Below, in pieces: positions 21,269 through 31,665 of a DNA stretch of 64,000 nt; position 1 is the stretch's first letter, and the number at the start of each line of letters is the position of its first letter. The notes beneath the pieces are model-generated. The model ran no database searches. It saw only the letters and a program-made list of their open reading frames with translations, and was not told the origin of the DNA. The DNA lies in NCBI GenBank assembly GCA_015485335.1, contig WFTT01000102.1, forward strand, positions 25,583 to 89,582, given 5' to 3'. Both the position numbers and the translations under genes were made by a program. Origin of the DNA: Robiginitomaculum sp. GTDB taxonomy: Bacteria > Pseudomonadota > Alphaproteobacteria > Caulobacterales > Maricaulaceae.

Positions 21269-22750
21269 TCAGGCAAGGGCGGCAGAGGCCTGGCGCACCT
21301 TTTGCGTGGCGGCATCCACTTGTTCGGTGGCCCCGGCAATTTCGCTAATGCCCTGGGTGATATTGTCCACACCGCTGGCGGCGGTTTGCATGTTTGATGA
21401 CATTTCCCCGGTGACGGCGGTCTGTTCCTCCATGGCGGCCGAAATGGCGGCGGAAAATTCATTTATGTCGCCAATGGTTTTGGAAATCCCCTCAATGGCC
21501 TTGACGGCATCCTGGGTCGTTGTCTGCATGTCATTGATTTGTTTGCTGATTTCTTCGGTGGCTTTGGCGGTCTGGCTGGCCAGGGATTTTACCTCCGAGG
21601 CCACAACGGCAAAGCCTTTGCCGGCATCGCCGGCGCGGGCCGATTCGATGGTGGCATTCAGGGCCAGCAAATTGGTCTGTTCGGCAATGTCGGAAATCAT
21701 GCCAACCACTTCGCCAATGTTTTGTGCCGAATCCGCCAGACCTGAAACAACGCCATTGGTACTTTGCGCCTGGTCTACCGCTTCGGTAGATACATCCAGC
21801 GCGGAAGAAACCTGGCGGTTGATCTCACCGACCGAGGCCACCAGCTCTTCAATTCCGGCCGCTAGGGATTGAACGTTTGAGGATGTCTCATCCGCGGCTC
21901 CGGAAACATGGGTTGCCTGGTTTTTGGTGTTGGCCACAGCATTGGTGATTTCTTCCAGGTCGTGGTCAATGTTTTTTTGAATTTCCGTGCGCCGCATCCG
22001 TTCTTCGACCTGCGCACTGATATCGGTGGCAAATTTAACCACCTTAACCGCGACCCCGTCATCATTAATGATCGGGTTGTACGAGGCCTGAATCCAGACC
22101 GCTTTGCCGCCTTTACCAATGCGTTTGTACTCGGCGGCCTGATATTCTCCGCGTCTGAGAGCTTCCCAAAAGGCTTTGTACTTGCTGGAATTTTGCTCTG
22201 CCGGCTCCACAAACATACTGTGGTGTTGTCCTTTGATCTCTTCCAGTCGATAGCCAAGAGTGTTCAGAAAGTTTTCATTGGCCTCCAGAACTGTACCATC
22301 CAGATCAAATTCAATCACCGCCTGTGATTTATTGATTGCCTCTATTTTTCCCCGATAGTCCATATTGCGGACTTTTTGTTCAGTTATGTCGGTGGCAAAC
22401 TTGATCACTTTGACGGGCTCGCCATGGCGGTTGAGAATAGGATTATAGGATGCCTGTATCCAGACTTCCCGGCCCTCTTTACCGATGCGTTTATATTCCG
22501 CGGCCTGATACTCTCCCCGGCGTAAAGCTTCCCAAAAAGCCTTATATTCAGGAGAGTTTCGATAATTTCCATCCACAAACATGCTGTGGTTTTTCCCCTT
22601 AATCTCGGGCAGCTCATAACCAAGGGCGGTAAGGAAGTTCTGATTGGCATTCAGGATGGTGCCATCCATTTCAAACTCAATGACCGCCTGAGATTTGTTG
22701 ATCGCATCAATTTGTGCGCTCGTGTCATTTGTTGATCTGGAAAAGAGCAT
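21269..22750 (-). CDS. soluble methyl-accepting chemotaxis protein with two tandem PAS domains
   Basis: No TM segments. Two ~110-aa PAS repeats. MCP signalling hairpin [38 protein letters not shown] at 22750 preferred over TTG at 22771. Confidence 0.9.
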   Translation of the reverse strand: MLFSRSTNDTSAQIDAINKSQAVIEFEMDGTILNANQNFLTALGYELPEIKGKNHSMFVDGNYRNSPEYKAFWEALRRGEYQAAEYKRIGKEGREVWIQASYNPILNRHGEPVKVIKFATDITEQKVRNMDYRGKIEAINKSQAVIEFDLDGTVLEANENFLNTLGYRLEEIKGQHHSMFVEPAEQNSSKYKAFWEALRRGEYQAAEYKRIGKGGKAVWIQASYNPIINDDGVAVKVVKFATDISAQVEERMRRTEIQKNIDHDLEEITNAVANTKNQATHVSGAADETSSNVQSLAAGIEELVASVGEINRQVSSALDVSTEAVDQAQSTNGVVSGLADSAQNIGEVVGMISDIAEQTNLLALNATIESARAGDAGKGFAVVASEVKSLASQTAKATEEISKQINDMQTTTQDAVKAIEGISKTIGDINEFSAAISAAMEEQTAVTGEMSSNMQTAASGVDNITQGISEIAGATEQVDAATQKVRQASAALA

Positions 22751-22983
22751 GGGCCAAGCCCCCTGTGCCAATACATTTATAACTGCACAGGCAATATCGC
22801 CCTATCCGTAAACAAATAATTACTTTTAAAATAAAATAATTATAAATTTACAATCGTAACACGCTATATTATTATAATACACGCAAGGCGGATTTTAGTT
22901 ATACATAATATATGGCGGTTGAACCTGAACAAAATAATAATAAAGCCAATAATAAGGTATTGATTCTAAAGGCTCTGTTCTTG

Positions 22984-23481
22984 CTATATCTGGGAAAAGT
23001 CAATTATTTCTGGCTCATGGCCTGTGGCTTTGGCAAAGCGCAACAGATCCTGGCTGGTAATAGTGGTGGTCGCATCGTTTTTTAGCGGGTGAAAATTCAC
23101 CAGATCATGGGCTAGCAAGGCAGCATCCAGCACAAAGCGCACCTGTGGCGGCTGATCATTGATCAGGGCAAAAGCGGTAACCGAGCCGGGGGTAACCCCA
23201 AGCGTGCGCTCCATCAGATCGGCCCGGCCAAAGGAAAGCCGTGCCCCACCCAGGGTTTTATGCAGATGGTTAAGGCGTATTTGCGTGCTGCCAAGGGCGC
23301 TGATCAGGGTCAATGCGCCTTTCTTGTCTTTGAGAAACAGGTTTTTAGAATGCCCACCCGGCAGCTTTGCCTTGATGTCCGCTCCCTCCTCCACAGTAAA
23401 GACGGGGCGGTGTTCCATGGTGGTGTGCGCAATGCCAAGATCGTCCAAAAAAGCAAAAAGTTCGGCCCTTGTCGCTGTCAT
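22984..23481 (-). CDS. YbaK/ProX-family aminoacyl-tRNA editing domain protein
   Basis: Start trimmed to [36 protein letters not shown] and [12 protein letters not shown] blocks typical of the prolyl-tRNA synthetase-associated domain. Confidence 0.8.
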   Translation of the reverse strand: MTATRAELFAFLDDLGIAHTTMEHRPVFTVEEGADIKAKLPGGHSKNLFLKDKKGALTLISALGSTQIRLNHLHKTLGGARLSFGRADLMERTLGVTPGSVTAFALINDQPPQVRFVLDAALLAHDLVNFHPLKNDATTTITSQDLLRFAKATGHEPEIIDFSQI

Positions 23482-23588
23482 CTTTTGTCCCCACTGAGAA
23501 TAACCCTGAATACTCTCTTGCATTCATGGCGCGATTACGCAATAACGCCCGCCTGTTCAGCGCTGCTGAATGGATTGCCTTATTGGAT

Positions 23589-23663
<75 letters not shown>

Positions 23664-23727
23664 GATAACGGTATTTCTTTCATTCATTGCACACACAACC
23701 TGAGCTGGCTTGTTACGGCGCCAGACA

Positions 23728-24702
23728 TTACTGGCTTCGTAAATTCTTCTCGTGCTTTAATAGCCAGTCTACCATCAGCGCGCTTAGTTCTTCTGGTTTT
23801 TCCCATTGAGTCCAATGGCCGCAATCCCTGATCACATGTTTTTGCAGATCCGGCACTCGCTCTTCCATGCCGTCCATAAAGACCGGTGGTAAAAACGGGT
23901 CCAGCTCGGCGCCGATCATCAAAGATGGCTGGTGCACGGTCATGTCCACGCCTTCCATGCGCTCCCAATTGGCGGTGACATTGCGATAATAGTTCACCCC
24001 GCCATGAAAACCTGATTTTGCATAGGCCCGGGCATAATGGGTACGCTCTGCCGCCGGTACGACAATATTGCGCTCGGCCCGATCCGTAAAATCAGCAAAC
24101 CGGTTCAGCAAATGGGTGGCGCTGGGCGGCAGAGTTTTGGGAATATGTTTGGGCGGACGGGCAAAAACGAATTTGAAAAAATCTTCTTCACGGCCCTCCA
24201 GGGCGGCTTCGGGCGCACCCAATTCCTGAAAGCGAACAAAATAATGATCATCACCATAGCGCTGGCGTAACATTTCCATGGGGCAGACCGGCGGGCGGGG
24301 TAAATGCGGCGTATTAACGCCTATGACACCGGCCACATGGTCTGGTACCAGCAAGGCCGCCGGCCAGATGATCAAGCCGCCCCAGTCATGCCCCACCCAG
24401 ACGGCCTTCTTGATACCCAATGCATCCAACAGACCGGTCATATCGGCCAGCAGGGTATCAATACCATAAAGGGATGGATCCTTGGGGGCATCCGAGGCGC
24501 CAAAGCCGCGCATGTCTGGCGCAATGACCCGAAACCCGGCTTTTGCCAGCGGGCCGATCTGGTTTAACCAGCTGCGTGCCAGTTCCGGCCAGCCATGTAA
24601 CAGCAAAACCGGCAGCCCATCTTTGGGGCCGGCCTGGTGAACGCTTAAGGTGATGCCATTGGTTTGGATTCGTGTCGGCGTAGGGAAATCGATCATGACC
24701 AT
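23728..24702 (-). CDS. alpha/beta hydrolase, epoxide hydrolase-like
   Basis: HGWPE oxyanion motif and GHDWGG nucleophile elbow. 324 aa. Confidence 0.85.
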   Translation of the reverse strand: MVMIDFPTPTRIQTNGITLSVHQAGPKDGLPVLLLHGWPELARSWLNQIGPLAKAGFRVIAPDMRGFGASDAPKDPSLYGIDTLLADMTGLLDALGIKKAVWVGHDWGGLIIWPAALLVPDHVAGVIGVNTPHLPRPPVCPMEMLRQRYGDDHYFVRFQELGAPEAALEGREEDFFKFVFARPPKHIPKTLPPSATHLLNRFADFTDRAERNIVVPAAERTHYARAYAKSGFHGGVNYYRNVTANWERMEGVDMTVHQPSLMIGAELDPFLPPVFMDGMEERVPDLQKHVIRDCGHWTQWEKPEELSALMVDWLLKHEKNLRSQ

Positions 24703-24769
24703 AGCCTAGAGCGAAAAAAGTAATGGTGCAATATTGCACATATGTAATATCTGTGACAATGTGCGAATC

Positions 24770-25207
24770 ATGGCCATCGCAAGACCCATAGACCGACGTT
24801 TGTTTTTGCTGCTTGATCGTGCGCGCAATCGTTTGTTCAAACGCGCCAATCGTGAATTATTACACAACGCAAATATCACCGTGGCCCAAGGGGCGGCGCT
24901 GTTTTATCTTAGCCGCCATGATGGTTGTCTGCTGTCGGATCTGGCCGAAGGGCTGGACCTGAACAATTCGGCCATAACCGGTCTGGCCACACGCATGGAA
25001 AAGGCCGGTCTTCTTGAGCGCAAGCCCTGTCCCGAAGATGGCCGCGCCATGCGCGCGCATCTGACCGAAAAGGGCCGGGCCAGTCATGAGGCCGTCAAAC
25101 ACGCCCTGCGGGATTTTAATGCCCAGATTGAAAACGGGTTTACGCCAGAAGAAATGGACGTGGTGTATCGCTTTTTGGCGCGGACCGCTAATGTACCTTT
25201 ACTATAA
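24770..25207 (+). CDS. MarR-family transcriptional regulator
   Basis: Winged-HTH region (ITVAQGAALFYLSRHDGCLLSDLAEGLDLNNSAITGLATRMEKAGLLER). The start is uncertain: an alternative ATG lies at 24734. Confidence 0.85.
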   Translation: MAIARPIDRRLFLLLDRARNRLFKRANRELLHNANITVAQGAALFYLSRHDGCLLSDLAEGLDLNNSAITGLATRMEKAGLLERKPCPEDGRAMRAHLTEKGRASHEAVKHALRDFNAQIENGFTPEEMDVVYRFLARTANVPLL

Positions 25208-25228
25208 ACCCTATGGGGGGAGAAAAAA

Positions 25229-26002
25229 TTGAGCACTGAAAACATCATCGTTGCGGATACGAATGGCGTGCGCCTGATCACCATGAACCGGGCAGAAAAG
25301 AAAAATGCCATTACCGAAGATATGTATGCGGCCATGGCGGATGCCATTTATGATGCCCAGGATGACGCCGCCTTGCGGGTGGTGATGATCACCGGCAGCG
25401 ATGATGTATTTACTGCCGGAAATGACATGGCGGCCTTTTTAAACCCCAAGGCGCGCATGGGCGATGCGGACCTGCCGGTCGAGCGATTTCTGAATGCCAT
25501 TCTGACGGCCAAAAAACCTTTGCTTGCCGCGGTTAACGGTCTGGCTATCGGCATTGGCACCACCATGTTGCTGCACTGTGATATGATCTATGCCGCCGAT
25601 ACGGCACGTTTTTCGGTGCCGTTTATCAATCTGGGCCTGATGCCCGAGGCCGGATCATCCTTGCTATTGCCCCGGGCCGTGGGCACCAAAAAGGCTGCTG
25701 AAATGCTGATGTTCGGGGATTTTCACGACGCCGAGGCGGCTCTTTCCATGGGATTGGTCAATGAGGTGTTTGCCGCCGATGCCCTGATGGATGAGGCAAT
25801 GAAGCGCGCACAAATACTGGCGGCCAAGCCACCGGCGGCGCTGTTGCTGATCAAGGAATTGCTGAAACGCGAGGCAGAAACCCCGGGCGAGCGCATGGCC
25901 CGCGAAAGCGCGCTCTTTGGCGAACGCTTGCAAAGTGCCGAATGCAAGGAGGCCGCCACCGCATTTTTTGAAAAGCGGGCGCCCGACTTTTCAAAATGCT
26001 GA
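25229..26002 (+). CDS. enoyl-CoA hydratase/isomerase family protein
   Basis: Crotonase-fold blocks (ITLNRAEKKNAI-like, FTAGNDM, AAVNGLAIGIG). TTG start after a GGGGGGAG Shine-Dalgarno sequence. Confidence 0.9.
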   Translation: MSTENIIVADTNGVRLITMNRAEKKNAITEDMYAAMADAIYDAQDDAALRVVMITGSDDVFTAGNDMAAFLNPKARMGDADLPVERFLNAILTAKKPLLAAVNGLAIGIGTTMLLHCDMIYAADTARFSVPFINLGLMPEAGSSLLLPRAVGTKKAAEMLMFGDFHDAEAALSMGLVNEVFAADALMDEAMKRAQILAAKPPAALLLIKELLKREAETPGERMARESALFGERLQSAECKEAATAFFEKRAPDFSKC

Positions 26003-26020
26003 TCATGAAGAGGGCTGACC

Positions 26021-26365
26021 ATGAGTACCCATAACCATATCGATTATATCGAATTGCCGGCCATGGACCTGGAAACCATGAAGGCATTTTATGGGGCGGC
26101 CTTTGGCTGGACGTTTGAAGATTATGGCAGCGACTATGTGGCTTTTTCTGGCGCCGGCCTGGAGGGAGGCTTTGCCCCCACCTTGAACCGTCCACCCTGT
26201 GGCGGAGCGATGGTGATCCTATATTCTGATGATCTGGACCGCAGTGAAAAGGCGGTACGGGAAGCCGGCGGCGAAGTGCTGGAACGGATCAGCTTTCCCG
26301 GTGGCAGCCGGTTTGGTTTTATTGATCCATCAGGCAATGAACTGGCAATCTGGACCAAAGCCTAG
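26021..26365 (+). CDS. VOC (glyoxalase/bleomycin-resistance) family protein
   Basis: 114 aa with IDYIELPAMDLETMKAFY and GGSRFGFIDPSGNELAIW, typical of the VOC fold. Confidence 0.8.
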   Translation: MSTHNHIDYIELPAMDLETMKAFYGAAFGWTFEDYGSDYVAFSGAGLEGGFAPTLNRPPCGGAMVILYSDDLDRSEKAVREAGGEVLERISFPGGSRFGFIDPSGNELAIWTKA

Positions 26366-26418
26366 GCGAAAGTGACGCAAAGGCGTGACAGGGCGAAAGG
26401 CACGCGCTAGCAAGGGCT

Positions 26419-27921
26419 ATGACCTATTCTTCCTTAAGAGATTATCTGGCCTCCCTAGAGCCGGACGGGCTGTATCAACGCGTGACCGAGCCGGTTTCCA
26501 CCGATTTGGAACTTACTGAAATTGGTTGTCGGCTGATCCGCAAAGGTGGCCCGGCGGTGCTGTTCGAGAACGTACAGACCGAGACGGGCGCCGCGGCCGA
26601 TATGCCGGTGCTGATCAATCTTTTTGGCACGGTTGAACGTGTGGCTCGCGGCGTCACTATGGGCAATAAAGAGCGTCGCACCGCCGCCGATCTGCGCGAA
26701 GTGGGCGAATTGCTGGCCTTTATGCGACAGCCAGAGCCGCCGCGCGGTGTTGGCGAGGCCCTTAAACTGGCCCCTCTTATCAAGACGGTAATGGCCATGC
26801 GGCCAAAAATTGTGCGCAAGGCCCCCTGTCAGGAAGTGGTATTAAAAGGCAAGGACGCCTCGCTGGACCGCCTGCCGATCCAGACCTGTTGGCCGGGCGA
26901 GCCGGCGCCCCTGATTACCTGGCCGCTGGTGGTGACCAAAGGGCCGGGCAAGGCCGCCGAGGACAATACCAATCTTGGTATTTATCGCATGCAAAAACTG
27001 GGGCCCCATAAAACGATTATGCGCTGGTTGGCCCATCGCGGCGGGGCGCAGCAATTTGCACGCTTTAAAGCGGCCAATCCCGGCAAGCCCATGCCACTGG
27101 CCGCGGTCATCGGTGCCGACCCCGGCACCATTTTGGCAGCCGTAACCCCGGTGCCCGATACCTTGTCCGAGTATCAGTTTGCTGGTCTGTTGCGCGGTAA
27201 AAAGGCCGAACTGGTAAAGTGCAAAACCATTGATCTGCATGTGCCCGCCGAGGCCGAAATCGTTATCGAGGGCCATGTTTTGCCTGACGAGACCGCACTT
27301 GAGGGCCCGTATGGCGACCATACCGGCTATTATAACTCGGTCGAAGAGTTTCCGGTCTTTGAGATCAGCGCCATCACCATGCGCGAAGATCCAATGTATC
27401 TTTCAACCTATACCGGCCGTCCGCCGGACGAGCCCAGTGTTTTGGGCGAGGCATTGAACGAGGTGTTTATCCCGCTGCTGCAACAGCAATTTCCCGAAAT
27501 TATTGATTTTTGGCTGCCACCCGAGGCGTGCTCCTATCGCATTGCGGTGATCTCCATGAAAAAGGCCTATGCGGGCCATGCCAAGCGGGTGATGATGGGG
27601 GCGTGGTCATATTTACGCCAATTCACCTATACCAAATGGCTGATCATTGTTGATGACGACATCAATGCTCGGGACTGGAAAGACGTGATGTGGGCCATCT
27701 CCACCCGCATGGATCCGGCGCGCGATTGCGTCACCGTGGAAAACACGCCCATTGATTATCTGGACTTTGCTTCGCCGGTTTCCGGGCTTGGCTCGAAAAT
27801 GGGCTTGGATGCCACCAATAAATGGCCGGGCGAAACCGTGCGCGAATGGGGCCGCAAGATTGAAATGGACGAGGCCGTTATCGTCGCGGTGACAGAAAAA
27901 TGGGACCGACTAGGCCTGTGA
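26419..27921 (+). CDS. ubiD: UbiD-family decarboxylase (4-hydroxy-3-polyprenylbenzoate decarboxylase-like)
   Basis: 500 aa. N-terminus LRDYLASLE...; blocks [16 protein letters not shown] and [11 protein letters not shown]. Confidence 0.92.
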   Translation: MTYSSLRDYLASLEPDGLYQRVTEPVSTDLELTEIGCRLIRKGGPAVLFENVQTETGAAADMPVLINLFGTVERVARGVTMGNKERRTAADLREVGELLAFMRQPEPPRGVGEALKLAPLIKTVMAMRPKIVRKAPCQEVVLKGKDASLDRLPIQTCWPGEPAPLITWPLVVTKGPGKAAEDNTNLGIYRMQKLGPHKTIMRWLAHRGGAQQFARFKAANPGKPMPLAAVIGADPGTILAAVTPVPDTLSEYQFAGLLRGKKAELVKCKTIDLHVPAEAEIVIEGHVLPDETALEGPYGDHTGYYNSVEEFPVFEISAITMREDPMYLSTYTGRPPDEPSVLGEALNEVFIPLLQQQFPEIIDFWLPPEACSYRIAVISMKKAYAGHAKRVMMGAWSYLRQFTYTKWLIIVDDDINARDWKDVMWAISTRMDPARDCVTVENTPIDYLDFASPVSGLGSKMGLDATNKWPGETVREWGRKIEMDEAVIVAVTEKWDRLGL

Positions 27922-28544
27922 GTGAGCCGGCAGATCATTTGCGCTATGCCAGAGCTTCAAAAGCAAAGCAAACCCGCGAGTTCATCAGATTAGCCCACGC
28001 CAATCCGATCAATGTAGAGATTATAAAACGCATTCCCGATCTGCCTTTGCCCCAGGGCATGCTGGTTTCAGGTTGTCTTTATCAAAGTGTGTGGAACGGC
28101 CTTTTGGGGTACGATCCGACCCGCGGTATTCGTGATTATGATCTGGTTTATTTTGATGATACCGATCTGTCTTACGAAGCCGAGGACAAGGTGATCCAGG
28201 AATGCGCCGCCGCCTTTGCCGATTTGGGTGTAGAGGTGGAGGTGCGCAATCAGGCGCGGGTACATCTTTGGTTCAAGGACCGGTTTGGCTTTGATTATGC
28301 GCCCTTAAAAAGCGCGGCGGAGTCCCTTGCCCGCTATATGTGCCCCTGCCATGCTGTGGCCATAGAGCCAGACGGTGCAGAGACCTTAACGCTGCATGCT
28401 CCCTATGGGCTGGATGATGTGTTTGGCTTTTTGGTGCGCCCGCGCCCCAGGCAGGATGGCATTTCGGCATCGTCATACGTCAAAAAAGCTACACGCATGA
28501 AACAATTATGGCCCGAATTGACCATTCAGCCTCTATCAAGCTGA
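27900..28544 (+). CDS. nucleotidyltransferase-family protein (DUF925/NTP_transf_6-like)
   Basis: [27 protein letters not shown] block. Overlaps the ubiD 3' end by 22 nt. An alternative GTG start at 27918 is possible. Confidence 0.6.
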   Translation: MGPTRPVSEPADHLRYARASKAKQTREFIRLAHANPINVEIIKRIPDLPLPQGMLVSGCLYQSVWNGLLGYDPTRGIRDYDLVYFDDTDLSYEAEDKVIQECAAAFADLGVEVEVRNQARVHLWFKDRFGFDYAPLKSAAESLARYMCPCHAVAIEPDGAETLTLHAPYGLDDVFGFLVRPRPRQDGISASSYVKKATRMKQLWPELTIQPLSS

Positions 28545-28634
28545 TATTGTTTCTTCTTTTGTGTCACACCCAAGGCGTTCACCGGTTGAATTCATGTCTG
28601 AACCGCCTATGTTTTTATTGAGGGGCGCAGATTC

Positions 28635-29042
28635 ATGGAGATAATCATGAAGACGTTTAAACCCGCATTGGCTGCTATGCTCGGTGGCCTGATCCTTAGC
28701 ACCGGCATGGCCGCTTATGGGGCCGATGATGGTGACAAAGACACCAAGTCATCCAGCCGCCGCGTTGTTATACCCTTTGTGGCGACCACTGGTTTGTATA
28801 GCTGGCGCGCGGGCGAGGATAATTCGCTGCTTTTAGAGGCTCGCCACAATGACTGGTACAAAGCCACGTTCAAGGGCTATTGCCCGCCGCTAAGGTTCGA
28901 AACCCAGATCGGTGTGATTGCCGGCCCCATAGGCAGTTTTGATGAGTTCAGCAAAGTGCTGGTGGATGACCGCATCTGCTATGTGGACACGCTGGAACAT
29001 ATTGCTGATCCCGATAAGGCCGCCAAGGATAAAAAGAGCTAA
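28635..29042 (+). CDS. hypothetical periplasmic protein
   Basis: Signal peptide (MKTFKPALAAMLGGLILSTGMAAYG). 131-135 aa depending on the start. Two conserved-looking Cys residues. Confidence 0.5.
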   Translation: MEIIMKTFKPALAAMLGGLILSTGMAAYGADDGDKDTKSSSRRVVIPFVATTGLYSWRAGEDNSLLLEARHNDWYKATFKGYCPPLRFETQIGVIAGPIGSFDEFSKVLVDDRICYVDTLEHIADPDKAAKDKKS

Positions 29043-29611
29043 AACGGCAGAAGTTTACGCTTGCGGCTGTATTTCAGATAGCCGACATTGGCGCCCAGGC
29101 GCAGGCCCCCGCCAGAGCGCATGGGCACCAGAGTCATGCCATGGCCGATCTGATAATTAATGCCCATGCCGGCTATCAGATAAGCGGATCCGTCCACGCC
29201 GGGAAAGCGTTGGTAAATCTGTTCGTAATTACGCAAGCCATAAATCAGGGTGAATACTTTTGAGCCATTACCCCCCAGATCAAAGCCGATCGAGGGGCCT
29301 TGCCAGTATACGGTTTCCCGGGTGCCATCTTTGAGCACCATGGTGCCTTTGCCATAGCGCAGGCCAACGCCTACGGCCGCGGCGGCCTCTCCGCCGTAAA
29401 TATATCCGACGGGGCGACCCTGTTCGGCGAAAATGCTTTCCACGGCAGAGCCGGCAGCTTCTGAGGTGACGCCAAAAAAGTCGGCTACCGCGTGGGTGAC
29501 TTCGGCATTGTTATAGGTGACATCTTCCTCGGGCTGGGCGTTTTGTGCGTGCGCTGCCCCCAGACTTAGGATGCCGGAAAACAGGGCCAGTGCGATCAGA
29601 TTACGAAACAT
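29039..29611 (-). CDS. DUF1134 (EipA-like) periplasmic protein
   Basis: Start trimmed to MFRNLIALALFSGILSLGAAHA, preceded by GGAGA. Gly-rich beta blocks (GYIYGGEAAAAVGVGLRYGKG). The 306-aa track ORF is an over-extension. Confidence 0.7.
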   Translation of the reverse strand: MFRNLIALALFSGILSLGAAHAQNAQPEEDVTYNNAEVTHAVADFFGVTSEAAGSAVESIFAEQGRPVGYIYGGEAAAAVGVGLRYGKGTMVLKDGTRETVYWQGPSIGFDLGGNGSKVFTLIYGLRNYEQIYQRFPGVDGSAYLIAGMGINYQIGHGMTLVPMRSGGGLRLGANVGYLKYSRKRKLLPF

Positions 29612-29704
29612 AATGGTCTCCGTATACCTTTGCACCATGGCGCACTTTGGTTCTGATGGGAAGAGCGCTTGGCGCAGGACAGTGTTGCTGCTAAGTCCCC
29701 GTTT

Positions 29705-31513
29705 ATGACTATAGACCCTAAACAAATTCGCAATTTTGCCATTGTCGCGCATATCGACCACGGCAAGTCCACGCTGGCCGATCGCCTGATCCAGGAAACC
29801 GGCGGGCTCACGGCGCGCGAAATGAAGGCGCAAGTGCTCGACAGTATGGATATTGAGCGCGAACGCGGCATTACCATCAAGGCGCAAACGGTACGTCTTG
29901 AATATAAAGCCCAGGACGGCCAGGACTATGTGCTGAACCTGATGGATACGCCGGGGCATGTGGACTTTGCTTATGAGGTTTCGCGCTCGCTATCGGCCTG
30001 CGAAGGCTCCCTTCTGGTGGTGGATGCCAGTCAGGGGGTCGAGGCGCAAACCCTGGCCAATGTGTATCAGGCGCTGGATCATGACCACGAAATTATTTCG
30101 GTCCTGAACAAGATAGATCTGCCGGCGGCCGAGCCAGACCGTATTCGCCAACAGATCGAGGATGTGATCGGGCTGGATGCCAGTGATGCCATCGAGGTTT
30201 CGGCCAAAACCGGCCAGGGAATCCCGGAAGTTCTGGAAGCCATTGTCACGCAATTGCCCGCCCCAAAGCCCGGCGATCCGGCGGCACCTCTAAAGGCCCT
30301 GCTGGTGGATGCCTGGTATGACACCTATCTGGGGGTGGTGGTTCTTTTTCGCATGCTGGAAGGTACAGCGAAAAAGGGCATGCGCATCAAGATGATGTCC
30401 AATGGTTCGTCCTATACGCTGGATCGGGTTGGGGTGTTTCGCCCCAAGGCCGAAGAGGTGGCAAATCTGGGGCCGGGCGAAATTGGCTTTTTTACCGCCT
30501 CTATCAAGGAAGTGGCCGATGCGGCGGTTGGTGATACCATCACCGAGGAAAAACGCCCTACATCTAAGGCGTTGACTGGCTTTCGCCCGGTACAGCCGGT
30601 GGTGTTTTGCGGTATTTTCCCCGTCGATGCCGCCGATTTTGAAGACCTGCGCGCCGCCGTGGGTAAATTGCGCCTTAATGACGCCAGCTTTTCCTTTGAA
30701 ATGGAAACCTCGGCGGCGCTGGGCTTTGGCTTTCGCTGTGGCTTTTTGGGCCTTTTGCATCTGGAAATCATTCAGGAACGCCTCGAGCGAGAATTTAACC
30801 TCGACCTGATCGCCACCGCCCCCAGCGTGGTTTATCAAATCGCCATGACAGATGGCAGCCAGTTGGAACTGCACAACCCCGCCGATATGCCGGACCCCGT
30901 GCGCATTGAAAGCATTGCCGAGCCCTGGATAAAAGCCACCATTTTAACGCCGGACGAATATGTCGGCGCGGTGCTGAAGCTTTGTCAGGATCGGCGCGGG
31001 GTGCAAACGGCGCTGACCTATGTGGGCAGCCGGGCGATGATTGAATATGAATTGCCACTAAACGAGGTGGTGTTTGATTTTTATGATCGTCTGAAATCCC
31101 TGACCAAGGGCTATGCCAGTTTTGATTATTCCATGATCGGCTATCGCGAGGGAGATCTGGTGAAAATGTCGATCCTGGTCAATGCCGAACCGGTGGATGC
31201 GCTATCCATGCTGGTGCACCGCTCCCGCGCCGAGGCGCGCGGCCGCCTTATGTGTGAAAAACTAAAAGACCTGATCCCGCGCCATATGTTCAAAATCCCG
31301 ATCCAGGCGGCCATTGGCGGGCGGGTCATTGCCCGCGAGACCATTGCGGCCCTGCGCAAGGATGTGACCGCCAAATGTTATGGCGGTGATGCCACCCGCA
31401 AACGTAAATTGCTGGACAAGCAAAAGGCCGGCAAGAAAAAAATGCGCCAGTTCGGCAAGGTTGAAATTCCCCAAACCGCCTTCATTGCGGCCCTGAAAAT
31501 GGATGATGGCTGA
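29705..31513 (+). CDS. lepA: elongation factor 4 (LepA)
   Basis: Start at [25 protein letters not shown]-domain motifs [14 protein letters not shown] and NKID. Conserved LepA C-terminal domain. Confidence 0.97.
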   Translation: MTIDPKQIRNFAIVAHIDHGKSTLADRLIQETGGLTAREMKAQVLDSMDIERERGITIKAQTVRLEYKAQDGQDYVLNLMDTPGHVDFAYEVSRSLSACEGSLLVVDASQGVEAQTLANVYQALDHDHEIISVLNKIDLPAAEPDRIRQQIEDVIGLDASDAIEVSAKTGQGIPEVLEAIVTQLPAPKPGDPAAPLKALLVDAWYDTYLGVVVLFRMLEGTAKKGMRIKMMSNGSSYTLDRVGVFRPKAEEVANLGPGEIGFFTASIKEVADAAVGDTITEEKRPTSKALTGFRPVQPVVFCGIFPVDAADFEDLRAAVGKLRLNDASFSFEMETSAALGFGFRCGFLGLLHLEIIQERLEREFNLDLIATAPSVVYQIAMTDGSQLELHNPADMPDPVRIESIAEPWIKATILTPDEYVGAVLKLCQDRRGVQTALTYVGSRAMIEYELPLNEVVFDFYDRLKSLTKGYASFDYSMIGYREGDLVKMSILVNAEPVDALSMLVHRSRAEARGRLMCEKLKDLIPRHMFKIPIQAAIGGRVIARETIAALRKDVTAKCYGGDATRKRKLLDKQKAGKKKMRQFGKVEIPQTAFIAALKMDDG

Positions 31514-31570
31514 TTTTTCTTTCAGTTTCTTCCGGGAAACGTTCTGACTCATAGCCCAGTGACAAAAAAT

Positions 31571-31665
31571 AGATCCCGGATAAGGCAAAGGCCTTTCCGG
31601 GATGACACCTGTGAATTTCGTAATCTACCCTAAACGTGTCACCCCGGACTTGATCCGGGGTCCAT
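31571..31665. repeat. short palindromic interspersed repeats (units Z and Y), locus A
   Basis: The two units are AGATCCCGGATAAGGCAAAGGCCTTTCCGGGATGACAC and GTGTCACCCCGGACTTGATCCGGGGTCCAT. Near-identical copies occur at 52037..52136, 52407..52440 and 55307..55331. Confidence 0.75.
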
